Assembly (NCBI GenBank): GCA_963666055.2
Contig: CAXWPH010000015.1
Location: 1,184,001-1,248,000, forward strand
Direction of reading: 5' to 3'
Length of the DNA stretch: 64,000 bases
Source: Acidobacteriota bacterium
GTDB taxonomy: Bacteria; Acidobacteriota; UBA890; WLXD01
The notes beneath the pieces were generated by a model that searched no databases, was not told the DNA's origin, and saw only the letters and a list, made by a program, of their open reading frames with translations. A program made the translations under genes and the position numbers. The first letter of the stretch is position 1; the number at the start of each line of letters is the position of its first letter. Of this stretch, positions 36,318 through 45,055 are shown in pieces.

Positions 36318-39300
36318 ATGCGCGGATCAATGCTTGATGAGGTCGTGCTGGGCTTGCGCCAACGGTCGAGGAAGCGACAACTGGAAGCCACGGCTCTGAC
36401 CCAGCGTTCACCGGACGAGCGTCGACCCACGGAGGCCGAGCAGGCATGTCTCGCCGCAGCCGAAGCAGCGCGGGCGGCGGAGCAGCTAGCCTACAAGGTC
36501 CGAGCACGTACCGCCGAGCGCGCCGGGTTCGAGCGAGAGAAGGTTGCCCTGCTCCGGGAGAGGGCCGCCGAGGTGGAGATCGAGCTTGCTGCGGCCGAGG
36601 CAAGGCTCGTGAGCGATGCATCGGGTAGCCGCTCGGCTCGCGCCGCGGAAACGGCCATCGAGCGCGCCGTGGGTCGGGCAGAGCTCGAACGCGCCAAGGT
36701 GACCAAAGCGCAAGTCCACTTCCGGAAGGCCGAAGCCAGAGCAGCGAAGGCCGAGAAGGTCTGGCGTGCGGAGGCCGAATGCGCCACGGTTGCCGACGAG
36801 GCCTTGGAGGCGGCGCGTCGGGAGGCGGCCGAGCCGGCGGATCTCGACAGCCCGGCGACCGCAGACGCGCTGGCCAAAGCCAAAGCGGCCGAGGCTGCGG
36901 CTCAGGAAGCCAAGCGGGCCGCGGAGACAGCCGAGCAAGCCCGGGCACAAGCTGCCAAGCGTGAAGAGGTGGAGCGCACCAAGGCTGCCGAGGCCGAGAC
37001 CAAGCTTGCCGACATCGAGGTCAAGCTCGCCGATATCGAGGCCAAGGCGGCCGAGGCCGAGACAAAGGCCACGACGGCAGAGACGGCACGCGTGGCGCAG
37101 GACGCCAAGGCGAATCGTACCGTCTCGCGGCACGCCAAGGCGGCCGACGCTGCTGCACGGGAAGCGGAGCGAGCTACGGCGGCGGCGAAGCAGGCCAGGG
37201 CAGAGGGAGCGGCGCGCGCCGAGACCGAGCGACAGAGAGCGGCCGAAGCCGAGGCGAAGCTGTCGGAGATCGAGGCCAAGCTCGCCGATGTGGAGGCCAG
37301 AGCCACCGAAACCGAGATCTCGGCACGGCAGGCCGAGGCGGAAAGGGCCCGCTTGGCGGACAATCGCAAGGCCGACCTCGTCGCCGCGGAGCAGGTGAAA
37401 GTTGCCGAAGCCGAGGCGCACCAAGCCAAGTGTGCAGCCGAGGAGGCAGACCGAGCAAAGACAGCGGCCGCCGAGCGCGCTGAGGTCGAGCGCGTCAAGG
37501 CGGCGGACGCTGAGGCCAAGCTGTCGGAGATCGAAGCCAAGCTGGCCGATGTCGAGGCCAAGGCCGCCGAGGCCGAGGCCAAGGCTGCCGCTGCGGAGAA
37601 GGCGCGCGTCTTCGGCGACATGGAGGCCAACCGCGCCGCCGGCGAGCAGGCCCGGGCTGCGAAAGCTGCCACACGGCAGGCCAATCTTGCTACCGCCGCT
37701 GCTGAGCGTGCCAAAGCACAGGTGGCAGAGCTCGCGGACGCCGAACGCGCCAGGGCCGCCGAGGCCGAGGCCAAGCTGACCGATATAGCGGCCAAGCTCG
37801 CCGATGTCGAAGCCAAAGCGGCCGAGGCCGAGGCCAGGGCAAAGCAAGCCGATGCCGAGAAGACCCGCATGGCGCGAAACGCCAAGGCCAATCGTGCGGC
37901 CGCCCAGCAAGCCAAGGTTGCCGAGGCCGCGGCACTCCAAGCCAAGCGTGCCGCGCGAGCGACCGAGCGGGCCAAAGGGATGGCTGCGGAACGTGCGGAG
38001 CGAGAACGCGCCAGAGCTGATGAAGCCCGAACCAGGGCCCGGGACGCCGAGGCGAAGGCCGCCGAGACCGAGCAGCAGAGGCATGCAGAGGCCGAGCGGG
38101 CCAGGACCGCCGAACGAGCCGCCGAACGGGCTCATGCCGGCGCGGCAGAACGCGAAGAGTACGAGCGTGCCAAGACCGCCAAGGCACAGGCCAAAGCCCA
38201 GGAAGCGGAAGCCAAGCTTGCGAAGGTCGAGCCGAAGCTCGCCGAAGCCGAGCAGAGCAAGGCCGCCGGCCGGATTGCGGAGAATGCCCGAGCCGAAGCC
38301 GCCGAGCGGGCACGACGCGAACGCGCCAAGGCCACAGCTGCACAGGCGAAACTCGAGGAGGCGAGCGACCGGGCCGCGGCGGCTGAATCCAAAGGCGAGG
38401 ACGCAGAGCGCGCCCGCCGTGCCGAAGCGCAGAAGGCGGCCGCCGCCAACGCCGCCGCCGAGCAAGCGAGGGCCCGTGCCGTTGAGTGTGCACAGCAGGA
38501 GCGCTCCAAGGCCGTCGAGATCGTTGCTCAGGCCGAGCGAGCGCAGGCCGAAGTAGCCAAGCGCCTCGAGCGGGAGCGAGCAAAAGCAGACGAGACTCAG
38601 GCAAAGCTGGCGGCGACCGAGGCCAAGCTCGCCGCGGCAGAGGCCAAGGCCACTGCGGCCGAAGCCAGGGCTGGCGAGGCCGAAACTGCGCGGAAGACGG
38701 CTGCGAAGAAAGCCGTTCGCCTAGAGTCCCGGGCGGCCCGGGCGCGCGCTTCCGGCGCTGAGGCGAAAAACACGAGTCGCCGCCATCGTCGTAGGCCCGC
38801 GACCTCCAGGCGACAGCCGACGCTCGGCAGAACGCCCTCCGCTAAACCGGGCGCGCTCAACCTCGGCAGGAGCGCGTCAAAAGCTCGCCCGGATCCCGTT
38901 TCTCTCGATGTACCGGCCGCCGCCGATCCGGCTGCAGAAGTACGCCAGGCGTTGGCTGCGGTGCGCAACAAGTCTCTCGAAAGCCCTCGTCTGCAGCGGG
39001 TCCTGAAGCAAGTGGCGCGCCAGGTGGACTTGAAGGACGCCTCGCCTGAGGATCACTCACTGCGAGTCAGCCGGATGGCGCGGAAGCTTGCCGAAGCCAA
39101 GGAAATCACCGGGCCGCATCTTCTGGCGATCACAATCGCGGGGCTCGTGCACGACATTGGCAAGTCGTGTATTCCTGACGCGATCATTGAGAAGGCTCGG
39201 CCGAGTCGCGAGGACATGGAGCTCATCCGTCGCTACGCGGAGTTCGGGGTGGAGCTACTCGAGCCGTTGCCCTGCATGGAGCCTGTCCTGCCGATCGTTG

Positions 39301-39557
39301 GAGGCCAGCAGGAGCGCTGGAATGGCTCCGGGTACCCAAGGAGCCTGTCGCGCAAGGACATTCCGATCGGTGCCCAGATCGTGGCGATTTGCGACATTTA
39401 TAACGTGTTAAGGATGGATCGCCGTTATCGGCCAGCCCATTCGGAGGAACGCGCGCGTCAGATCATCCACGAAAACGTCGGTGGCCTCTGGAGCCCGGCG
39501 GTCGCCCAGCTCTTCCTCAAGCGTATTGTCCCCAAGATGGCGATGCGGAGCGAGTGA
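36318..39557 (+). CDS. Large Ala/Glu/Lys/Arg-rich coiled-coil protein with a C-terminal degenerate HD-GYP domain
   Basis: About 800 aa of helical repeats; DHSLRVS, VHDIGK, QQERWNGSGYP, AICDIY, RRYR. Confidence 0.85.
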   Translation: MRGSMLDEVVLGLRQRSRKRQLEATALTQRSPDERRPTEAEQACLAAAEAARAAEQLAYKVRARTAERAGFEREKVALLRERAAEVEIELAAAEARLVSDASGSRSARAAETAIERAVGRAELERAKVTKAQVHFRKAEARAAKAEKVWRAEAECATVADEALEAARREAAEPADLDSPATADALAKAKAAEAAAQEAKRAAETAEQARAQAAKREEVERTKAAEAETKLADIEVKLADIEAKAAEAETKATTAETARVAQDAKANRTVSRHAKAADAAAREAERATAAAKQARAEGAARAETERQRAAEAEAKLSEIEAKLADVEARATETEISARQAEAERARLADNRKADLVAAEQVKVAEAEAHQAKCAAEEADRAKTAAAERAEVERVKAADAEAKLSEIEAKLADVEAKAAEAEAKAAAAEKARVFGDMEANRAAGEQARAAKAATRQANLATAAAERAKAQVAELADAERARAAEAEAKLTDIAAKLADVEAKAAEAEARAKQADAEKTRMARNAKANRAAAQQAKVAEAAALQAKRAARATERAKGMAAERAERERARADEARTRARDAEAKAAETEQQRHAEAERARTAERAAERAHAGAAEREEYERAKTAKAQAKAQEAEAKLAKVEPKLAEAEQSKAAGRIAENARAEAAERARRERAKATAAQAKLEEASDRAAAAESKGEDAERARRAEAQKAAAANAAAEQARARAVECAQQERSKAVEIVAQAERAQAEVAKRLERERAKADETQAKLAATEAKLAAAEAKATAAEARAGEAETARKTAAKKAVRLESRAARARASGAEAKNTSRRHRRRPATSRRQPTLGRTPSAKPGALNLGRSASKARPDPVSLDVPAAADPAAEVRQALAAVRNKSLESPRLQRVLKQVARQVDLKDASPEDHSLRVSRMARKLAEAKEITGPHLLAITIAGLVHDIGKSCIPDAIIEKARPSREDMELIRRYAEFGVELLEPLPCMEPVLPIVGGQQERWNGSGYPRSLSRKDIPIGAQIVAICDIYNVLRMDRRYRPAHSEERARQIIHENVGGLWSPAVAQLFLKRIVPKMAMRSE

Positions 39558-39711
39558 GCCGCCTGACGTAGCATGACGGCTGTGGGCGCGACGAGGATCG
39601 AGGCCCGTAGATCGTCCCTCGGAAACAGCTAACTCGAGCTCAGATAGAGGTGTAGATGGTCGGAGGGTGATACTAAGCCCTGAGCGCTAGGCCTGAGCAC
39701 TAGGGGAAAAC

Positions 39712-41076
39712 ATGACCACCGAGACCGACAAGACCTGCTGCGGCCCAGGCTATGCGTCGCCCGCGGAGGCGATGAAGGCGCCGCGCGAGAAGCTCCTCTA
39801 CACCGTCGCGCTCTACATCGGCACGGGCATCCAAAAGCCAGACTATCTGGCCACCATCGACGCTGACCCGGAAAGCCCCACCTACAGCCAGGTTGTCAGC
39901 CGGCTCGAGATGCCCGGCATCGGCGACGAGTTGCATCACATGGGCTGGAACGCCTGCTCGTCTTGTCACCATGATGCGAGCAAGGAGCGACGCTATCTGA
40001 TCATGCCGGGAGTGCGCAGCTCCAACCTGCACATTGTCGACTGTGCGGCCGATCCCAGGAGCCCGCGCCTTCACAAGGTGATCGAGGGGGCCGAGATCAA
40101 GGCGAAGACCAATCTGTCGGCGCCGCATACGGTTCATTGCCTTGGCTCGGACATCATCATCTCGATGCTCGGCGATGCGAAGGGCGAGGCGCCCGGCGGA
40201 TTCCTGCATCTGAACGAAGATCTCGAGATCGTCGGGCGATGGGAGAACGACCTGGGCGGCATGAAGTTCAACTACGACTTCTGGTACCAGCCGCGCCACA
40301 ACGTCATGGTCTCGAGCGAATGGGCGGCGCCCAACACCTTCATGCCGGGCTTCGATCTGGAAGAGGTCGGGCTGCTCAAGTACGGCCGCGAGATCCACTT
40401 CTGGGATTTCGAGAACAGGAGAGTCGAGAACACGGTCTATCTGGGCGAGGACGGCCTGGTGCCGCTGGAGGTGCGTTTCCACCACAACCCGAGCTCGAGC
40501 CACGGCTTCGTCGGCGCGGCGCTTTCCTCCAACGTGATCCACTGGTTCAAGAAGGACGACGAGTGGATCGTCGAGAAGATCATCGACGTCGAGAACGAAC
40601 GCCATCCGGAGTGGCCCATCCCGGTACCCGGCCTGATCACCGTGATCCTGATCTCGATGGACGACCGGTTCCTCTATTTCTCCAACTGGCTGCATGGAGA
40701 CCTGCGCCAGTACGACATCTCCGATCCATCCAATCCAAAGCTCACCGGTCAGGTCTGGATGGGTGGCCTGCTTGGCAAGGCGCCGGAGGTAAACGGCCAC
40801 AAGATCACCGGCGGCCCGCAGATGCTCCAGCTGTCGCTCGACGGCAAGCGGCTTTATGTGACCACCTCGCTCTTCTCGACCTGGGACAATCAGTTCTACC
40901 CGGAGATTCGCGAGACGGGCGGCTGCATGCTGATGGTCGATTGCGACGCCGAGAACGGCGGCATGTCGATCAACGCCGGCTTCTTTGTCGACTTCGGCAA
41001 GGAGCCGCACGGCCCGGCGCGTTGCCATGAGACGCGTTATCCGGGCGGTGACTGCACCTCGGATATCTGGCTGTAG
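39712..41076 (+). CDS. Selenium-binding protein SBP56 family (methanethiol oxidase-like)
   Basis: GPGYASP, GDELHHMGWNACSSC, YDFWYQPRHNVMVSSEW, GGPQMLQLSLDGKRLY, GGDCTSDIW. Confidence 0.92.
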   Translation: MTTETDKTCCGPGYASPAEAMKAPREKLLYTVALYIGTGIQKPDYLATIDADPESPTYSQVVSRLEMPGIGDELHHMGWNACSSCHHDASKERRYLIMPGVRSSNLHIVDCAADPRSPRLHKVIEGAEIKAKTNLSAPHTVHCLGSDIIISMLGDAKGEAPGGFLHLNEDLEIVGRWENDLGGMKFNYDFWYQPRHNVMVSSEWAAPNTFMPGFDLEEVGLLKYGREIHFWDFENRRVENTVYLGEDGLVPLEVRFHHNPSSSHGFVGAALSSNVIHWFKKDDEWIVEKIIDVENERHPEWPIPVPGLITVILISMDDRFLYFSNWLHGDLRQYDISDPSNPKLTGQVWMGGLLGKAPEVNGHKITGGPQMLQLSLDGKRLYVTTSLFSTWDNQFYPEIRETGGCMLMVDCDAENGGMSINAGFFVDFGKEPHGPARCHETRYPGGDCTSDIWL

Positions 41077-41083
41077 TGTCGCC

Positions 41084-41527
41084 ATGACCAACCCGCAGGA
41101 CAACACCCCGAACGGCCCAGCGCCGACCCGCCCAGCGCCGACCCACACAGGGCGCTTCACCATCACGCTCGCCAATCAAGGGGGCAGTGCGTTCGAGGTC
41201 GACGCGGAGGCGCCGCTTCTCGAATCGCTCGAGCAGCATGGCGTTTCCCTGCCGTATGGCTGCCGCTACGGGGGCTGCATCTCCTGTTCGGCAAAGCTGC
41301 TGGTAGGCGAGGTCGACCAGAGTGAAGGTCGCGCGCTCAACGGCCGCCAGCTGGCGGACGGCTATGTGCTGTTGTGCGTGGCTCGTCCCGAAACCGATTG
41401 CACGCTCGACGTCGGCGTCGAGAGCCACGACAAGCTCTATCGCAACCCGTTCCAGAGTCCGCTCAGCCCGAATGAGCTGAAGCCCTCCCTTGTTGGCGAA
41501 CCGGGATCCCTGCAGGACGCACCATGA
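41084..41527 (+). CDS. Plant-type 2Fe-2S ferredoxin
   Basis: LPYGCRYGGCISC...VLLCVA (Cx4Cx2C...C). Confidence 0.9.
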   Translation: MTNPQDNTPNGPAPTRPAPTHTGRFTITLANQGGSAFEVDAEAPLLESLEQHGVSLPYGCRYGGCISCSAKLLVGEVDQSEGRALNGRQLADGYVLLCVARPETDCTLDVGVESHDKLYRNPFQSPLSPNELKPSLVGEPGSLQDAP

Positions 41528-41985
41528 GCCATGCCTTAGACCACGACGAGGACTATCCACCGGAATACCTGGCCGGGATTCTCCAGGAGGTGAAGACCAT
41601 CGCCATGGTCGGAGCCAGCTCCGACCCGGCGAAGTTCAGCTACGGGGTGCTGCGCGTTCTGCACGAGATCGGCTACGACATGATTCCCGTCAACCCCAAG
41701 GAAGCCGGCAACGAGATCCGCGGACTGCCGGTTTACGAGTCACTGGCCTCGATCGATCGACCCGTCGACATGGTGCAAGTGTTTCGCACCTCGGAAGCGG
41801 CCTACGGCGTTACCGAGGAAGCCATCGAGATCGGTGCCAAGGTGGTCTGGATGCAAATCGGCGTGCGTAATGACCAAGCAGCAGCGCTGGCGGAAGCGGC
41901 CGGCTTGAAGGTGGTCATGAACCGCTGTCCGAAGATCGAGCTGTTCCGCCCCTTCTGGAAACCCCGCCTCAACCAGACGATCTGA
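41524..41985 (+). CDS. CoA-binding protein (YccU-like)
   Basis: IAMVGAS, IPVNP, VDMVQVFR, VWMQIG, VVMNRCPKIE. Confidence 0.9.
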   Translation: MSHALDHDEDYPPEYLAGILQEVKTIAMVGASSDPAKFSYGVLRVLHEIGYDMIPVNPKEAGNEIRGLPVYESLASIDRPVDMVQVFRTSEAAYGVTEEAIEIGAKVVWMQIGVRNDQAAALAEAAGLKVVMNRCPKIELFRPFWKPRLNQTI

Positions 41986-42083
41986 GCTGAGATAGCATGA
42001 CATGGTAGTTCCGAGGCTCGTCTGGCAAGAGGCTCGAAATGCCAGGCAACAGCGTGGCCAGGTGGGCCGCGTTCGAGGTGCTG

Positions 42084-42503
42084 GTGGAATTCGCCAAAGT
42101 CCAGCGCGTCGTTGCGCGCCATCTGGACGCCGAGCAGGCCGACTGGGCAGTGATCGGGGGACTGGCCTTGGCCGTTCATGGTGCCGGCCGCCTCACGCAC
42201 GACGTCGACATCATTACGGAACGTCGAGCTCAGCCTGCTCTCATCGAGTATCTCGAGTCGCTGGGTTACGAAACGTTGCACCGCTCCGAGGGTTACTCGA
42301 ACCACGCGCATTCGGAAGCGGCGTTCGGACGGCTCGACGTCGTGTATGTGGACGGCACGACCGCCGATGACCTCTTCGCGGCGGCTACGGAGTCGGAGGT
42401 GTTGCCCGAGGTGTTCGCGAAGGTGCCGCGTCCCGAGCATCTCGTGGCCATGAAGGTACTGGCAGCGAAGAACGATCCTAGGAACCAAGCAGCGCCAACG
42501 TAG
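42084..42503 (+). CDS. Pol-beta-like nucleotidyltransferase (DUF6036/AbiEii-like), probably C-terminally truncated
   Basis: VIGGLALAVHG...THDVD, RLDV, PEHLVAMK; ends before the usual D-x-x-D helix. Confidence 0.65.
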   Translation: MEFAKVQRVVARHLDAEQADWAVIGGLALAVHGAGRLTHDVDIITERRAQPALIEYLESLGYETLHRSEGYSNHAHSEAAFGRLDVVYVDGTTADDLFAAATESEVLPEVFAKVPRPEHLVAMKVLAAKNDPRNQAAPT

Positions 42504-42533
42504 GGGCTGTTCTTATTCAAGGAGAGGCAACCT

Positions 42534-43037
42534 ATGGATACGCTAGCAGTTTTTGTTCTACAGGTCGTCCTGAGTCTTCTTGTTTACGCTCTCATTGCGA
42601 AGTGGTACGTGACGCCATGGCTCGCAGAAAAACCAACCCATGCGGCGTTGATGGTGCTGATCTTCCCCCACGCGTTTCGGCATCTGGGGTTGGCGTTCTT
42701 GGTCCCAGGGTTGGTTGCCCAACCCCTGCCGAGCTCCTTTGCCTCCGCGGCTGCCTATGGGGACTTTGTCAGCGGCCTGCTCGCACTGCTGTCTCTGGTG
42801 GCTCTTCGAGGACGTTGGGGCGTGGCGCTCCCGTTCGTTTGGCTGTTCAACATTCTCGGCACGGTGGATCTGCTAAATGCACTGAGCCAAGCGGATGCTG
42901 TACCGCATTTGCTGACGACCTGGTACATCCCGACATTTGTGGTCCCACTACTCCTGGTGACTCACTTCATGATCTTTGCCCGGCTGATCAGACGGCGAAC
43001 AGGTACCGCCCGCCTTGGGACCAATGGGCACGACTGA
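42534..43037 (+). CDS. Integral membrane protein of unknown function
   Basis: Five TM segments, PHAFRHLG, YGD, GTVDL motifs; AGGAG RBS. Confidence 0.75.
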   Translation: MDTLAVFVLQVVLSLLVYALIAKWYVTPWLAEKPTHAALMVLIFPHAFRHLGLAFLVPGLVAQPLPSSFASAAAYGDFVSGLLALLSLVALRGRWGVALPFVWLFNILGTVDLLNALSQADAVPHLLTTWYIPTFVVPLLLVTHFMIFARLIRRRTGTARLGTNGHD

Positions 43038-43106
43038 AGCAGGAACTGCCGAGAACCTCGTCGACGGCGTCGATAAGGAGAGATAGGCACTGGCCGGGAG
43101 GGCGCG

Positions 43107-43511
43107 ATGCGAGCGATGTTCGGTTTCTTACGGACCATGATGACAATGCGCAAGCCCGTGGTGGGCTGGATCATGCTGTTGATGCTAGTCAACTTGGTCA
43201 TTCCCCTCTTCTTCGCTGGGACTCTAGAAGGTAAGGCAGTCCTGGGAGCCTTTGTGGTTGGGGCACTCCTTCAGGGGTGGATTTTCTCTGCGAAGGGTTT
43301 CGTTCGTCTGCTGTGGATTGGCCACATCGTCTGGGTTCCGATGGTGGCCTGGCTGTGGATACGGCTGGAGGTCGCCCCTGCCGGTAGTCTCTTCAGATAC
43401 TGGCTGCTCGCGACCATTGTCTTGGTGAGCCTGTCTCTGTTTATCGACGCCGTCGACATCATCCGCTATCTGAGAGGTGAGCGGGACCCTTATGTCGAGA
43501 CTCCGGCCTGA
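43107..43511 (+). CDS. Small membrane protein of unknown function
   Basis: Four TM segments, GFVRLLWIGH, DAVDIIRYLRGER; GGAGG RBS. Confidence 0.7.
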   Translation: MRAMFGFLRTMMTMRKPVVGWIMLLMLVNLVIPLFFAGTLEGKAVLGAFVVGALLQGWIFSAKGFVRLLWIGHIVWVPMVAWLWIRLEVAPAGSLFRYWLLATIVLVSLSLFIDAVDIIRYLRGERDPYVETPA

Positions 43512-43537
43512 CACCAAGATGCGCCGCTCGGGCTAAC

Positions 43538-43672
43538 CCAGGGGTAATGGAATCCGGACTGACTAGCCCCATCTTCTGGCTGGGTATGGGCCTGGCCCTC
43601 ACGGCCGGCTTCATTGCGGCTTGGCCTGTAAACTACTGGCTGGTGGGCAAGGGCATACGCCAGGTCCATTAG
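43538..43672 (+). pseudogene. C-terminal remnant of a DUF4396-like membrane protein
   Basis: PGVMESGLTSPIFWLGMGLALTAGFIAAWPVNYWLVGKGIRQVH*; its TAG is the MITE insertion site. Confidence 0.6.
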
Positions 43673-43947
43673 CAGGGTGCTGAAAAACTCTGATGGGTCT
43701 GGCGGGTGGGTCTTGCTGGCGAGATCAAGGAAGAGCGACGAGGGCGATGCCAGGGTCATCGTCGAGGAGCTGTAACGCTGAGATCGCCAGCAACCCCCAC
43801 GCGCCCGAAGGGTTACGGCGTCGTGGAGCCATCTGCAGCGTTGGCCCTCCTGGACGATACGACAAGCATCGCCTGCGTCGCGCCGCCTTGCATCTGGCCC
43901 CACGACGCCGTAACCAGACCCACCAGAGTTCTTCAGCACCCTGCTAG
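43669..43947 (+). mobile_element. MITE-like element, divergent 279-bp subtype
   Basis: TIRs tagcagggtgctgaaaaactctgatgggtctgg / ccagacccaccagagttcttcagcaccctgcta; same length and arm layout as 17275-17553. Confidence 0.85.
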
Positions 43948-44162
43948 GTGCGTGTCGCAGCCCCACGCGGCTTCTGCTCTGCTCTTCCTGGAGAGGGTCA
44001 ACCGGCTCTGGTCGCGCCTGTTGTGGGTGCCGGATGACGGCCGAACTTCCCAGGACTTCGCCGCTGAAGACTATGCGCTCCCGGAGGAGCCGCGCACCCA
44101 GGTCGACGCGGCCGCCGCCCGGCGTGGGGCGCTGACGGCCCAGACAGAAAGAGGAGTGTGTC

Positions 44163-44978
44163 GTGTCCAAAGAGAGTCTGAATGCCGTAGTGACCCAGAG
44201 GATCGAGATGTCACCCGAACTGGTTCTGCTCCGGGTGGCTCCGGATGGCTGGGAGTTGCCGTTGTTCGAGGCCGGACAGTTCGCTGTCCTTGGGTTGCCG
44301 GGGAAATCGGCACGCATCACCTGGTCGGATCCGGAAGAGGAGCCGCCTGAGCCAGAGCGGCTGATTCGTCGAGCCTATTCGATTGCTTCTTCATCGGCGT
44401 CGAGCGAGTACCTGGAGTTCTACATCATGATCGTCCGTTCTGGACGGTTGACTCCCAGGTTGTTTTCGCTGGAGCAAGGAGATCGCGTTTGGCTGGGGCA
44501 GAAAATTGCTGGGATGTTCACCTTGGAGGATGTGCCAGAAGACAAGGACATCGTGCTGGTCTCCACTGGGACGGGATTGGCACCCTATGTCAGCATGCTG
44601 CGTAGCCATCTGGTTTGTGGAAGCAAGCAGCGCTTCGCGGTGCTTCACGGAGCTCGACACTCTTGGGATCTGGGATACCGGGCAGAGCTCACCACCATGC
44701 ACCGGCTCTGCGACAACTTTGACTACTTCCCTTTGGTCAGTCGTCCGGCTGAAGAGCCGGTGCCGTGGCAGGGCGCCACCGGATACGTCCAGGACCTGTG
44801 GACCGGAGGGGTCCTTGAAGAGGCCTGGCACAGCCGGCCGACACCAGCGGACGCCCACGTGTTCCTCTGCGGAAACCCACGCATGTGCGAGCAAATGGTC
44901 ACACAGCTGGAAACAGAGGGATTTAGGGAACACACGCGTAAAGAGGCGGGCGAGATTCACGTCGAACGCTATTGGTAG
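44163..44978 (+). CDS. fpr: Ferredoxin/flavodoxin-NADP+ reductase
   Basis: FEAGQF, RRAYSIAS, GRLTPRL, STGTGLAP, FLCGNP, terminal ERYW. Confidence 0.9.
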   Translation: MSKESLNAVVTQRIEMSPELVLLRVAPDGWELPLFEAGQFAVLGLPGKSARITWSDPEEEPPEPERLIRRAYSIASSSASSEYLEFYIMIVRSGRLTPRLFSLEQGDRVWLGQKIAGMFTLEDVPEDKDIVLVSTGTGLAPYVSMLRSHLVCGSKQRFAVLHGARHSWDLGYRAELTTMHRLCDNFDYFPLVSRPAEEPVPWQGATGYVQDLWTGGVLEEAWHSRPTPADAHVFLCGNPRMCEQMVTQLETEGFREHTRKEAGEIHVERYW

Positions 44979-45055
44979 AAAACCTCGCCGCGGGCGAGCC
45001 TCTCGGTATCCTTGGCGTTCTCAAACATCGTATCGCCGCGCCCGGCCAGTGTGAT

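Noticed and set aside
36486-38604. Long antisense ORFs opposite the coiled-coil gene
   Set aside because: Shadow ORFs from GC-rich Ala/Glu/Lys codon repeats
39636-41995. GAGCTSAGATAG 12-mer on both sides of the SBP56 operon
   Set aside because: An 11/12 match is too short to separate from chance without an empty allele
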